Notes: generated by a model from the sequence alone, not told the origin. DNA of 20,208 nucleotides from an uncultured bacterium (GCA_964534375.1 CAZHPN010000112.1:1-20208), one strand, 5' to 3'. Positions 1-8,848 are shown, counted from the stretch's first letter. Translations and numbers: made by a program.

Positions 1-341
1 CGCTGCTACGAGCTCCCTTAAGGAGCTCTTCGCCCGTCCTGTGTTCAAATCGGTGATGGTATAAGGTCTGCGCGACCAACAAAGAGCGCAATTCTGCGCC
101 ACTTGAAGCATCGCCGCTTTTAATCCTAAAGCCTACGCCCCGTCGCGGGGAGGGGCTCGCGATTGGGCGGCAAACGCCGCCCAATATTCGATTCGCGCCG
201 TTGCGCGAATGATGAACCCAGGCGCGTACCCGTGCCCGCGTTAACGGAACGTCCGCAATGCAGCGAAACGCGCCACATTTCGCGGCTCTTTGCCGCGAAT
301 TCCTAAGAAGGCAAAGAAGCCTGCACGCTGACCGCGGTCGC

Positions 342-375
342 TCGCTGTTCGCTGTTCGCTGTTCGCTGCTCGCCG
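342..375. repeat. Heptamer tandem repeat (TCGCTGT)x3 plus degenerate units
   Basis: TCGCTGT at 342, 349 and 356, then TCGCTGC at 363 and TCGCCG at 370. Confidence 0.85.
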
Positions 376-415
376 CCCCGATTGCTTTGGGCCGCCGTTC
401 CGCTAATTTGACGGC

Positions 416-1342
416 ATGAGTCCGAACGGCAATCGGCGCGCTGCGCCGCGTTGGTGGAAACGCCTGCTGGCCGCGACGGTGAGTCTGGCGCTGGCGCTGG
501 CGGCGCTGGAATTCGGGTTTTTCGCCTACCAGCACGTTCGTTTTCGTGAGCCGCCCGCGCCGCTGCCGGCGTCCGGAAAGCCGCCGCTGACGATCGTTTG
601 CGCGGGCGACAGCTACGTGCAGGGCGTCGGCGCGTCGTCGGCCGTACACGCCTATCCGGCGCAGCTCGAGCAGATCTTGGCGCAACGGCTGCCGGGCCGC
701 GCGGTGCAGGTCGTCAATATCGGCTCGGGCGGGCACAACACGTCGGAGGTGCTCGACGACTTGCAAAAGGCCCTGCCGCGCTTGCCGCGCCGGCCGGAAC
801 TGGTCGTCGTCACCTGCGGCATCAACAATTTCTGGAACCTGCACCTATCGAGCGCGTTGGAAGAGGGCTACGCCGAACTGCCGGTCAGCAAACGGTGGCT
901 GCGCAAGCTCGAAGCGGCGCACGTCGGCAAAATGGCGGTCATTCTCTGGGAGAACGCCCGCTCGCTCGCGCGCCAATTGGCCGCGCAGGAAAATTGGTTG
1001 AGCGAGGAGCAAAAATCGGTGTCGCTGTTCGACGAGAAAAATCCGGTCGAGATGGCCTTCGTGCGCGCCTGGATTCAGCACGATCTCGTCGCGATCGGCC
1101 ATGCCGTGCAAGCGGCCTGCGCGCGGCCGGTGTTCACCCAATACGTCATCGGCAAGACCAACGAACTGGTCGCGCAAACGGCGCGCGACAACGATTTTGC
1201 GGTCTGCCCCTCGCCGGGCCATAGCGATATTTGGGAAAAGGCGGAGCAGTTTGCGGCGGACGGATGGCATTTGAACGATCGGGGCTACGCGGCGTATGCG
1301 AGGAAGGTGGCGGACTGCGTGGCGCCGTTTGTCGGCGAGTAG
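416..1342 (+). CDS. SGNH/GDSL-family hydrolase (lipase/esterase-like) with N-terminal membrane anchor
   Basis: Block I GDSYVQG, block II NIGSGG, block III GINN and block V DGWHLN; hydrophobic N-terminal helix. Confidence 0.85.
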   Translation: MSPNGNRRAAPRWWKRLLAATVSLALALAALEFGFFAYQHVRFREPPAPLPASGKPPLTIVCAGDSYVQGVGASSAVHAYPAQLEQILAQRLPGRAVQVVNIGSGGHNTSEVLDDLQKALPRLPRRPELVVVTCGINNFWNLHLSSALEEGYAELPVSKRWLRKLEAAHVGKMAVILWENARSLARQLAAQENWLSEEQKSVSLFDEKNPVEMAFVRAWIQHDLVAIGHAVQAACARPVFTQYVIGKTNELVAQTARDNDFAVCPSPGHSDIWEKAEQFAADGWHLNDRGYAAYARKVADCVAPFVGE

Positions 1343-1362
1343 TCAGAAGACAGAAGTCAGAA
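1342..1362. repeat. Short heptamer tandem (GTCAGAA/GACAGAA) x3
   Basis: gtcagaa gacagaa gtcagaa starting at the hydrolase stop codon. Confidence 0.6.
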
Positions 1363-1392
1363 GGGCCTTTTGCAAACTTTCCTCGCGACGTC

Positions 1393-1411
1393 AGCCCCTG
1401 ACGGGGCTTTT
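1393..1411 (+). terminator. Possible intrinsic terminator between convergent genes
   Basis: AGCCCC-TGAC-GGGGCT hairpin followed by TTT. Confidence 0.45.
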
Positions 1412-1428
1412 CGGCGGGCAGCGCACCC

Positions 1429-1452
1429 GGGCGCGGCAAGCGGCGCCCCTAC
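1429..1452 (-). repeat. GTAG-tagged REP-like palindrome
   Basis: Minus strand reads GTAG-GGGCGC-CGCTTGCC-GCGCCC, directly after the mdh stop. Confidence 0.6.
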
Positions 1453-1453
1453 G

Positions 1454-2404
1454 TCACGCCAGCGCTGCCTTCTGCTGATAGATCTTCAGGTTGTCACGCA
1501 GTTCGAGCACCGCGGCGGCCGACTCGTCGAGCTTTTTCTTTTCCTCGGCGGTCAGTTCCAGCTCGAAGATTTTCTCGACGCCGTAGCCGGAGAGCAAGAT
1601 CGGCACGCCGAGGTAGATGCCGCGGTGGCCGTATTCGCCTTCGAGGTAGGCGGCGCACGGCACGATGCGTTTGGTGTCTTTGATGATCGCCTCGACCATC
1701 TGCACGGCGCTGGCGCCCGGCGAATTGAACGCGCTGCCGGTCTTGAGCAGCGAGACGATTTCGCCGCCGCCGTTGCGCGTGCGTTCGACGATGGCCGCCA
1801 GGCGATGCGGCTTGATCAGCATCTCGATCGGCACGCCGCCGACGGTGCAGTAGCGGATCAGCGGCACCATGGCGTCGCCGTGGCCGCCGAGCACCAGGGC
1901 CGTGACGTCTTCGATCGACACGCCGAGTTCCCAACTGATGAACGTGCGAAAGCGGGCGGTGTCGAGAATGCCGGCCATGCCGATCACCCGCTGCCGCGGG
2001 AAACCGGACACCTCCAGCGCCACGTGGCACATCGCATCGAGCGGATTGCTGACGATAATCAGCACCGCCTTCGGGCTGCGCGGGGCGACCTGCTCGACGA
2101 CGGATTTCATGATCGCCTCGTTGGCGAACAACAGATCGTTGCGGCTCATGCCCGGCTTGCGCGCCATGCCCGCCGTAATGACCACGACCGTCGAATTCCT
2201 GGTTTCCTCCCAATCGTTCGTGCCCACGACCTTGCAGTCGAAGCGCACCAGCGGCCCCGCCGCCGCCATGTCGAGGGCCTTGCCCTGCGGCATGCCGTCG
2301 ACCACGTCGATCAGCACGATATTTCCCAGGTCGGCCGCGGCGGCCCACGCCATCACCGACGAGCCGACATTGCCGGCCCCGACGATCGTTATTTTCTTGC
2401 GCAT
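1454..2404 (-). CDS. mdh: Malate dehydrogenase (LDH-like MDH)
   Basis: MRKKITIVGAGNVG Rossmann motif, GKALD, ITAGMARKPGMSRNDLL, VSNPLDAM, GILDTARF and VLGGHGDAMVP; true ATG at 2404 inside the longer track ORF 1454..3598. Confidence 0.95.
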   Translation of the reverse strand: MRKKITIVGAGNVGSSVMAWAAAADLGNIVLIDVVDGMPQGKALDMAAAGPLVRFDCKVVGTNDWEETRNSTVVVITAGMARKPGMSRNDLLFANEAIMKSVVEQVAPRSPKAVLIIVSNPLDAMCHVALEVSGFPRQRVIGMAGILDTARFRTFISWELGVSIEDVTALVLGGHGDAMVPLIRYCTVGGVPIEMLIKPHRLAAIVERTRNGGGEIVSLLKTGSAFNSPGASAVQMVEAIIKDTKRIVPCAAYLEGEYGHRGIYLGVPILLSGYGVEKIFELELTAEEKKKLDESAAAVLELRDNLKIYQQKAALA

Positions 2405-2455
2405 CGGAAGTTCCGCCTTTGAAAAACGTGGCTGGTTTCGAAGCTGAACGGCAAC

Positions 2456-2485
2456 TTGCCAGAACCGCCGGCAATCGCCTATTCT
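2456..2485 (+). promoter_or_regulatory. Putative sigma70-type promoter for selD
   Basis: TTGCCA-N18-TATTCT, 33 nt upstream of the selD ATG. Confidence 0.4.
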
Positions 2486-2518
2486 CTGTCCCCGGATGAC
2501 TCGAATATGGGTGTCGAT

Positions 2519-3562
2519 ATGGCCAAAGTCAAGTTGACGCAGTTCTCGCACGGGGCCGGCTGAGCCTGCAAACTGGCTCCGGGCGAGCTGGCGAAAGTAC
2601 TGGCGAGGCTGCCGAAGCCGACCGATGCGCGGGTCCTGCTGGGCCAAGGCGACGACGCAGGCGTGTACCTGCTGCGGGACGACCTTGCCCTCGTGCAAAC
2701 GGTCGACTTTTTCACGCCCATCGTCGACGACCCCGTCGCGTTCGGCGCCATCGCCGCGGCCAACGCCCTTTCCGACATTTTCGCGATGGGCGCGACGCCG
2801 CTGACCGCGCTGAACATCGTCGCGTTCCCGCAAAAAGGCCCGCCCGGCCTGGAGGTCTTGTCGCAGATCCTCGAGGGCGGCTATCGCAAGGCCGCCGAGG
2901 CCGGCGCGGCGATCATCGGCGGCCACACGGTCGACGATCCGGAGCCGAAGTACGGCCTCGCGGTGACGGGCGTCGCGCATCCTGCCGACCTGCTCACCAA
3001 AGCCGGCGGGCGGCCGGGCGACCTGCTGGTTTTGACCAAGCCGCTGGGCGTCGGCATCCTCGCGACCGCGTTGAAAGCGGGGATGGCCCCGCCGGAAACC
3101 GAAGCGTTGCTGATCGAAATTTGTTCTTTCCTTAATGATCGCGCCGCGCGGGCCGCCCGGCGTTTCGGGGCGCACGCGTTGACCGACGTCACCGGCTTCG
3201 GCCTGATTCTGCACGCGATGGAAATGACCGAAAAAAGCGGCGTGGGCGCGGAATTGTGGCTCGAGCGGCTGGCGTGGCTGCCGGGCGTCCGCGAGTGCGC
3301 CGCGCTGGGGTTGGTCCCCGGCGGCGGCTACGCCAACCGCGATTTCGCCGCGGCGCGGCTCACGGCCGACGCGGCGATCGGCGCCGACGAACTGCTGCTC
3401 GTCAACGACCCGCAAACCAACGGCGGCCTCTTGATGGCCTTGCCGCCGGAGAACGCCGACGAGGCCGTCGCCGCCTTGCGCGCCGATGGCATGCCCGCCG
3501 CCGCCGTCATCGGCCGGCTCACCGGCGAACGCGGCGTCTTCCGCCTGCGGCCCGGGCGTTGA
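2519..3562 (+). CDS. selD: Selenide, water dikinase (selenophosphate synthetase), selenoprotein form with Sec at codon 15
   Basis: ATG 2519 reads MAKVKLTQFSHGAG-U(TGA 2561-2563)-ACKLAPGEL, in frame with DDAGVY, QTVDFFTPIVDDP, ANALSDIFAMG, GGHT, TDVTGFGL and DPQTNGGLL. Confidence 0.95.
2573..2591 (+). promoter_or_regulatory. Candidate bacterial SECIS hairpin
   Basis: CUGGCUC/GAGCUGG stem (two G-U pairs) with G-containing loop CGGGC, starting 16 nt after the in-frame UGA. Confidence 0.6.
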
Positions 3563-3563
3563 C

Positions 3564-4568
3564 GTGCGCCTCCGGAATCTCGATTTCGGCGAACGCACGC
3601 CGGTGGCCCTGGCGCCGCTCGCCGGCTACACGGACGCCGCGTTTCGCGCGATCTGCCGGCGCTTCGGCGCGGATTTGACCGTGAGCGAAATGGTCAGCGC
3701 CGACGGGTTGACGCTGGCGCGCCGCGCCTCGAAGGGCTTTCGCAAAACCATGGGACTGCTCGCCGCGGAGGCGGACGACCATCCGTTTGCCGCGCAGTTG
3801 TTCGGCAAGGATCCGCCGCGCCTGGCCGAAGCCTGCCGCATCGTGGCCGGTGAAATGCGTCTCGAACTGATCGACCTGAACGCCGGCTGCCCGGTGCGCA
3901 AGGTCGTCGCCAGCGGCCACGGCGTCGCGCTGATGCGCGACCCGCCGCTGCTCGGCCGGATCGTCGCCGCCATGCGCGCCGCGACCGACCTGCCGCTGAC
4001 CGTCAAGCTGCGCGCCGGGGCCGAAACGGTCAACGTCGTCGAATGCGCCCGCGTCTGCGAACAGGAAGGCGCCGACGCGCTCGTCATCCACCCGCGCACG
4101 CGGGCGCAACTTTTCGCGGGCCGCGCCGAGTGGCCGTTGATCGCGCAGGTCAAGCAGGCGACGCGGCTGCCCGTGATCGGCAACGGCGACGTGGCCGCGC
4201 CCGACGACGCCCTGCGCCTGCGCCGCGAAACCGGCTGCGACGGCGTGATGATCGGCCGCGGGGCCGTGGCGCGGCCGTGGATTTTTGCGCAAGTGCGCGC
4301 GGCGCTGGCCGGCGAACCGGTTCCGCCCGATCTCGACGGTCCGGCGCGCCTGGCGGTCTTGCGCGACCTGGCCGCGCTGCTCGAAGCGCGCAAGGGCGAA
4401 CTGCGCGCGGCGAAGGAAATTCGCAAATTCGCCCTGTATTTCGTCAAGGGCCTGCCGGGGACGGCCGCGGCCCGCCGCGGCATCGCCGGCGCGCCGACCG
4501 TCGCGGCCCTGCTCGAACTCGCGGCGGCGGCGCTGGGCGCGGCCCGGAAAGGCGAATGCGATGGCTGA
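3564..4568 (+). CDS. dusB: tRNA-dihydrouridine synthase, DusB-like
   Basis: LAPLAGYTD, SEMVS, QLFG, IDLNAGCPVRKV, TVKLR, IHPRTR, VIGNGDV and DGVMIGRG; GTG 1 nt after the selD stop. Confidence 0.9.
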   Translation: MRLRNLDFGERTPVALAPLAGYTDAAFRAICRRFGADLTVSEMVSADGLTLARRASKGFRKTMGLLAAEADDHPFAAQLFGKDPPRLAEACRIVAGEMRLELIDLNAGCPVRKVVASGHGVALMRDPPLLGRIVAAMRAATDLPLTVKLRAGAETVNVVECARVCEQEGADALVIHPRTRAQLFAGRAEWPLIAQVKQATRLPVIGNGDVAAPDDALRLRRETGCDGVMIGRGAVARPWIFAQVRAALAGEPVPPDLDGPARLAVLRDLAALLEARKGELRAAKEIRKFALYFVKGLPGTAAARRGIAGAPTVAALLELAAAALGAARKGECDG

Positions 4569-4812
4569 TCCACTCGACAAAAATCTGGCGGCCGCCTTCG
4601 ATGAATTTTGCCTGCGGGTGCTGCGCTCGATGCCGGCGGATCGGCCGGGCGACGCGCACCGCACGGTCGTCGGGCTGCTGGAAACACGGCTGCTGCGGCT
4701 GGCGTTGCGCGAGTGCGGCGAAAATCAAACCGCAGCGGCCCGGCTGCTCGGCCTGCACCGCAACACCCTGCGGCAGAAACTTCGTGATTGCCGAAAGTTA
4801 GTGGGCGATTAG
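4561..4812 (+). CDS. fis: Small Fis-like helix-turn-helix DNA-binding protein (83 aa)
   Basis: LETRLLRLALRECGENQTAAARLLGLHRNTLRQKL is a Fis HTH; ATG overlaps the dusB stop; dusB-fis is a known gene order. Confidence 0.75.
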   Translation: MADPLDKNLAAAFDEFCLRVLRSMPADRPGDAHRTVVGLLETRLLRLALRECGENQTAAARLLGLHRNTLRQKLRDCRKLVGD

Positions 4813-4820
4813 GGCTTGAT

Positions 4821-4979
4821 TCCCCCTGGCTTCTTGACTAAGAATTGAGTGTTGAGGGACGGGCCTTTCGTTCAAAAAGGAAGCTGTGACGCTTTCTTCC
4901 GCTTTTGAAATAAGGGCGAAACGACCTCACAGGGCCGGTAAATAGAAAGAATCGGGGATTCAAAGTAAGACCAACGGGA
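4821..4979. ncRNA. Candidate rod-shaped structured RNA (strand unknown)
   Basis: Nested complementarity across the AT-richer intergenic region: closing stem, central bubble and long terminal hairpin, folded by eye. Confidence 0.3.
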
Positions 4980-5026
4980 GGGCGCCGCGCTGATCTGCGC
5001 GGCGTTTGGGGACGAGGGCGAGTCGT

Positions 5027-5818
5027 TTGCGCCGAGAACCGTTGGTGCTGTGCATCGCCGGATTCGATCCGACAGGCGGGGCGGGGTTGCTGGCGGACGC
5101 GCGGGCGTTGGCGTCGGAAGGGGTGCGCGTCGCGGCGGCGATCACGGGTTTGACGCGCCAGCGGCCGATCGACGAAGCAACAATCGAACAACTGATGGAA
5201 CCTGTGAAAGTCGGCGAAGTTGTCTCGACGTTGATGCAGGACTTGGCGCCGGATGCCGTGAAAATCGGTATGCTCGGCTCCGCGGCGACCGCGCACGCTG
5301 TGGCGCAGGCGCTGGCGCCGTTCGCCGGGCGCACGCCGATTATCGTGGATCCGGTGCTGGCCGCCGGCGCCGGCGGGCGATTGGCCGACGACGAAACCGC
5401 CGCGGCGCTGCTGGCCGAACTGGCGCCGCTGGCGACGCTGGTCACGCCGAACATCCCGGAAGCGGAATTGCTGACGGGCGTGCGCATTGACGGGCCGGCG
5501 AAGATGGAAAAGGCCGCGCGGCGCTTGTGCGAGCGCGGCGCGAAGTGGGCGCTGGTGAAGGGCGGGCACCTCGCCGGCGACCCCGTGGACGTGCTGGTGG
5601 GACCGGCGACGGTCCGCCGCTGGCGCCGCCGCCGGCTGGCGACGCGGACGGTGCACGGCACCGGCTGCACGCTGTCGTCGTTGATCGCCGGGGCGCTGGC
5701 GCAGGGCCAGCCGATTCCGGAGGCGGTCGCGCGGGCCGCACGGCGGCTGCGCCGCGGCATCGCGACGGCCTGGCCGCCGCTGCCCGAGGGGTGGATGTTT
5801 TTGGGGCCGATGCGCTGA
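5027..5818 (+). CDS. thiD: Hydroxymethylpyrimidine/phosphomethylpyrimidine kinase
   Basis: VLCIAGFDPTGGAG, AVKIGML, IVDPVL, LVTPNIPEAE, LVKGGH and HGTGCTLSS; TTG 5027 has GAGGG upstream (TTG 5006 is an alternative start). Confidence 0.9.
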   Translation: MRREPLVLCIAGFDPTGGAGLLADARALASEGVRVAAAITGLTRQRPIDEATIEQLMEPVKVGEVVSTLMQDLAPDAVKIGMLGSAATAHAVAQALAPFAGRTPIIVDPVLAAGAGGRLADDETAAALLAELAPLATLVTPNIPEAELLTGVRIDGPAKMEKAARRLCERGAKWALVKGGHLAGDPVDVLVGPATVRRWRRRRLATRTVHGTGCTLSSLIAGALAQGQPIPEAVARAARRLRRGIATAWPPLPEGWMFLGPMR

Positions 5819-5856
5819 CGGCAACGGTCGGGCGCCTGTGGGGGAACGCAAGCGAG

Positions 5857-7734
5857 ATGCAGGGGAACACCCAAAATCCGGCCGACCGCGAATTTCGCCA
5901 CCCGCCGATGAGCGCGCGGGAAATGGAATGGCGCGGCTGGGACCAATTGGACGTGATCCTGATCACCGGCGACGCTTTCATCGATCATCCGTCGTTCGAA
6001 ATCGCCATCATCGGCCGCATTCTGGAGGCGATGGGCCTGCATGTCGGTTACATCGCCCAACCCGATTGGCGCGTCGCTGCGGAACTGACCAATCTCGGCC
6101 CGCCGCGCCTCTTCTACGTCGTCAGCGGCGGCAAGAGCGACTCGATGATCGCCAACTACAGCCCCACGCGGCGGCCCCGCAAAATCGACTTTTTCAGCCC
6201 CGGCCGCCTGCCCGGCTTGCGGCCCGACCGCGCCGCGGCGGCCTACGCCGGTTGGTGCAAGTCCGTTTATCCCGACTCGATCGTCATCATCACCGGCGTC
6301 GAGGCGACCGGCCGCAAACTCGCGCACTTCGATTACTGGGACGACGGCCTGCGGCGCGGCCTGCTCGCCGATTGCCCCGCCGACCTGGTGGCCTACGGCC
6401 CCGGCGAACGCGCCGTTTCGCAGATCGCCCAGATCGCGGCGCGCGGCGGCTCGGCGCGCGACTGCCGCGGCATCCGCGGCATCGTCTATCGGCTGGCGCG
6501 CGAGGAACTGCCCGAGGCCGAGCGTCTGCTGCCGCCGGATTTCGCCGAATTGCCCAGCTATGCGACGCTGCAACTGGCCAAACCGGCGCTGGTCGACGCC
6601 TTTCGCCTCGAATACGCGAACGCCGACTACCACCGCAACCCGCGCGCGCTCGTGCAGCGCTATGACGATTGCATCCTGGTGCAGACCCCGCCGCAGCGCC
6701 CGCTGACGACGCTGGAAATGGACCGCATTTACGCGCTGCCGTATTCGCGCACGCCGCACCCGCGCTACCGCGAGGCCGGCCCGATCCCCTCGTTCGAAAC
6801 CGTGAAATTCGCCCTGACCACGCACCGCGGCTGCTTCGGCGATTGCACATTTTGCAATATGCGGCAGCACGAGGGCCGGCACATCAGCCAGCGGAGCCGC
6901 GAATCGGTGATCAAGGAAGCGCTGCTCGTTTCCGGCTTCAAGTATTTTCGCGGGTGGATCAGCAATATCGGCGGCCCGGCCGGCAACACGTACGGTTGCG
7001 GCTGCCGGCTGAATGTCGACGACAAAACGGGGTGCGATCGCGAGAGTTGCCTGTTGCCCGCGCCGTGCCCGAACTTCCGCCTGGATTGCAGCGAGTATCT
7101 GGATTTGCTCCGCGGCGTCCGCGGGGTGGACGGCGTCGAGCGGTGCTACCTCGCGAGCCATCTGCGCATCGACCTGATCGAGCGCGATCCGCTGGGCGAC
7201 ATGTTTTTGGAGGAGATCGTCCGCTATTTTCTCTCGGGCCATTTGAAAATCCCGTTCGATCACGTCGCGGCCGAGGTCAATCGCCGGCTGCGGACGTACG
7301 ATCGCCCGTGCATCGAGAGCTTCATCGACCGTTTCGAACGGATTCGCCAGCAACTCGGCCTCAATGACGTCACGATCACGCCCTATTTTATCAGCGGCCA
7401 CCCCGGCAGCCGGATCGAGGACGCGATCGAAATCCCCCTCTTCATGAAGAAGCGCCAGTTGAACGTGTGCCAGATTCAGGATTTCGTGCCGCTGCCCGGC
7501 ACGGCGTCGGCGGTGATGTACTACACGGGGATCGACCCGTTCACCGGCGACGAGGTGTACCGGGCGATTTCCTTCCCCGAGCGCAAACTGCAGCGCAGCT
7601 TGTTCCAGTTCTACAAGCCGCAAAACGAACGCCCCGTCTACGAGGCGCTGAAAGAGGCCAACCGCCTGGACCTCGTCGGCGACGGCCCGGATTGCCTCCT
7701 CGCGGCCGAACCCGAGTGGACCGAGTTCGACTGA
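5857..7734 (+). CDS. YgiQ/UPF0313-family radical SAM protein
   Basis: GWDQLDVILITGDAFIDHPSF, IAQPDW, DSMIANYS, RPDRA, AHFDYW, RGCFGDCTFC (CxxxCxxC), PYFISGHPG and MYYTGIDP. Confidence 0.9.
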   Translation: MQGNTQNPADREFRHPPMSAREMEWRGWDQLDVILITGDAFIDHPSFEIAIIGRILEAMGLHVGYIAQPDWRVAAELTNLGPPRLFYVVSGGKSDSMIANYSPTRRPRKIDFFSPGRLPGLRPDRAAAAYAGWCKSVYPDSIVIITGVEATGRKLAHFDYWDDGLRRGLLADCPADLVAYGPGERAVSQIAQIAARGGSARDCRGIRGIVYRLAREELPEAERLLPPDFAELPSYATLQLAKPALVDAFRLEYANADYHRNPRALVQRYDDCILVQTPPQRPLTTLEMDRIYALPYSRTPHPRYREAGPIPSFETVKFALTTHRGCFGDCTFCNMRQHEGRHISQRSRESVIKEALLVSGFKYFRGWISNIGGPAGNTYGCGCRLNVDDKTGCDRESCLLPAPCPNFRLDCSEYLDLLRGVRGVDGVERCYLASHLRIDLIERDPLGDMFLEEIVRYFLSGHLKIPFDHVAAEVNRRLRTYDRPCIESFIDRFERIRQQLGLNDVTITPYFISGHPGSRIEDAIEIPLFMKKRQLNVCQIQDFVPLPGTASAVMYYTGIDPFTGDEVYRAISFPERKLQRSLFQFYKPQNERPVYEALKEANRLDLVGDGPDCLLAAEPEWTEFD

Positions 7735-7980
7735 GGCGGCGGCCGGGCGCCGGCCGGGAGCCGGCCGCGCGCCCGCTTCGAATTGTGATGTCATGAATAG
7801 CGCCGCCTCGCGCCCGGCGGGGCGGCGTTTTCCGCGGACCGCTGAAGAGTCATGGGAATTATGGGAGTCATGAGGTTGATGCGGACGCGGTTCCCAGAAG
7901 TCCCACAGAAACCGTCGATTTTCTCCGTCATCCACAATGATCGTTGCGCCCGACGTCAAGCGGGCCGCGCCCTTTGATAA

Positions 7981-8250
7981 GTCATTCCCGCGGAGAGGCT
8001 GCCCCCGCGAAGGCGGCGGCGGCAATCCAGGATCATCCGTTGCGCCCCTTGCCACGGCGGCTCCGCCCCGTCACACGTCATTCCCGCGGAAGCGGGAATC
8101 CAGGAGCATCACGGCGCCCCCACGATGACACGGCTTCGCCCCTTGAGACGTCATTCCCGCGGAGGCGGGAATCCAGGAGCATCCGTTGCGCCCCCACGAT
8201 GACACGGCGTCGCCCCTTCAGACGTCATTTCCGCGAAGGCGGGAATCCAG
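7981..8250 (+). repeat. Left array of CGTC-type palindromic repeats, 73-74 bp period
   Basis: CGTCATT(C/T)CCGCGRARGCGGGAATCCAG at 8076, 8149 and 8223, plus a disrupted copy at 7981-8030. Confidence 0.9.
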
Positions 8251-8290
8251 ATTCATCACGGCCGCCCCACGTTGGGGCGGCGTCGCATCA

Positions 8291-8587
8291 TCACACGCAC
8301 ACTTCCTCATAAAGGTTGCGCCAATTCGGATTTGTTTTCTCAATCATCTTCATTTTCCACGCGCGATTCGACTTTTTGACTTGTTTCTTGCGCTGAATGG
8401 CGCTGACTGCGTTCGAATGTCTTTCGCAATAAACCAAATCGTGAACAGCATATTTCGACGTGAAGCCGTCGGCGACATTGTTCTTGTGCTGCCAGACGCG
8501 TTGAGCCAAATTCGACGTAACTCCCACGTACAGCGTGCCGTTGCGGCGGCTGGCCATGATGTAGACGTAGAATTCCTACGTCGTCAC
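8291..8587 (-). pseudogene. GIY-YIG nuclease (small Slx1/YhbQ-like type), probably inactivated
   Basis: GGAGA SD, then GTG 8587: MTT*EFYVYIMASRRNGTLYVGVTSNLAQRVWQHK...FTSKYAVHDLVYCE...AIQRKKQVKKSNRAWKMKMIEKTNPNWRNL; in-frame TAG at 8578-8576; family REK motif reads RKK. Confidence 0.8.
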
Positions 8588-8660
8588 GAGTTGTCTCCGC
8601 CCTTTCGACTGCGGAACGGACAATGACATATTTCAGATCGGCGCAAAGATCCGGATGATC

Positions 8661-8848
8661 CTGGATTCCCGCCTCCGCGGGAATGACGTGTAACGGGACG
8701 GCGGCGCGCAATCGTGGGGGACGCCACGATGATCCTGGATTCCTGCCTCCGCGGGAATGACGTCTCAAGGGGCGGCGCCGCGTCGTCGTCGGGCGCAACG
8801 GACGATCCTGGATTCCCGCTTCCGCGGGAATGACGTCTCAAGGGGCGA
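8661..8848 (-). repeat. Right array of the same palindromic repeats, inverted orientation
   Basis: CTGGATTCC(C/T)GCYTCCGCGGGAATGACG at 8661, 8735 and 8808 (periods 74 and 73). Confidence 0.9.

Larger units (their letters stand above)
7981..8848. mobile_element. REPtron-like cassette: nuclease gene flanked by inverted palindrome arrays
   Basis: AT-richer GIY-YIG gene bracketed by mirror-image arrays of one repeat family; mobility is inferred, and no target-site duplication was identified. Confidence 0.55.

Noticed and set aside
1..120. Possible minus-strand CDS fragment and GAGCTCC..GGAGCTC palindrome at the window edge
   Set aside because: Too short and truncated to support a call
2405..3598. 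Long N-terminal extension of mdh (714-aa track ORF)
   Set aside because: Antisense shadow of selD; MDH homology begins at ATG 2404
4813..5026. TPP riboswitch upstream of thiD
   Set aside because: No CTGAGA or CCTGA...AATxCxxGCG core on the + strand
7847..7875. 9-bp tandem (AGTCATGGG/AATTATGGG/AGTCATGAG)
   Set aside because: Only three degenerate units and no clear function
4960..8055. 1031-aa minus-strand ORF and other long overlapping ORFs (10616..12448, 13932..16214, 16581..19010)
   Set aside because: Antisense to recognisable genes, no motifs, and expected in high-GC DNA
8576..8578. Pyrrolysine codon or alternative genetic code
   Set aside because: TAG ends the hydrolase and fis-like genes normally, and the nuclease has other lesions; a nonsense mutation is simpler
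7981..8848. CRISPR array (28-bp palindromic repeats at regular spacing)
   Set aside because: Spacers resemble each other, the two arrays are inverted around a GIY-YIG gene, and there are no cas genes in the window; a REP-like family fits better
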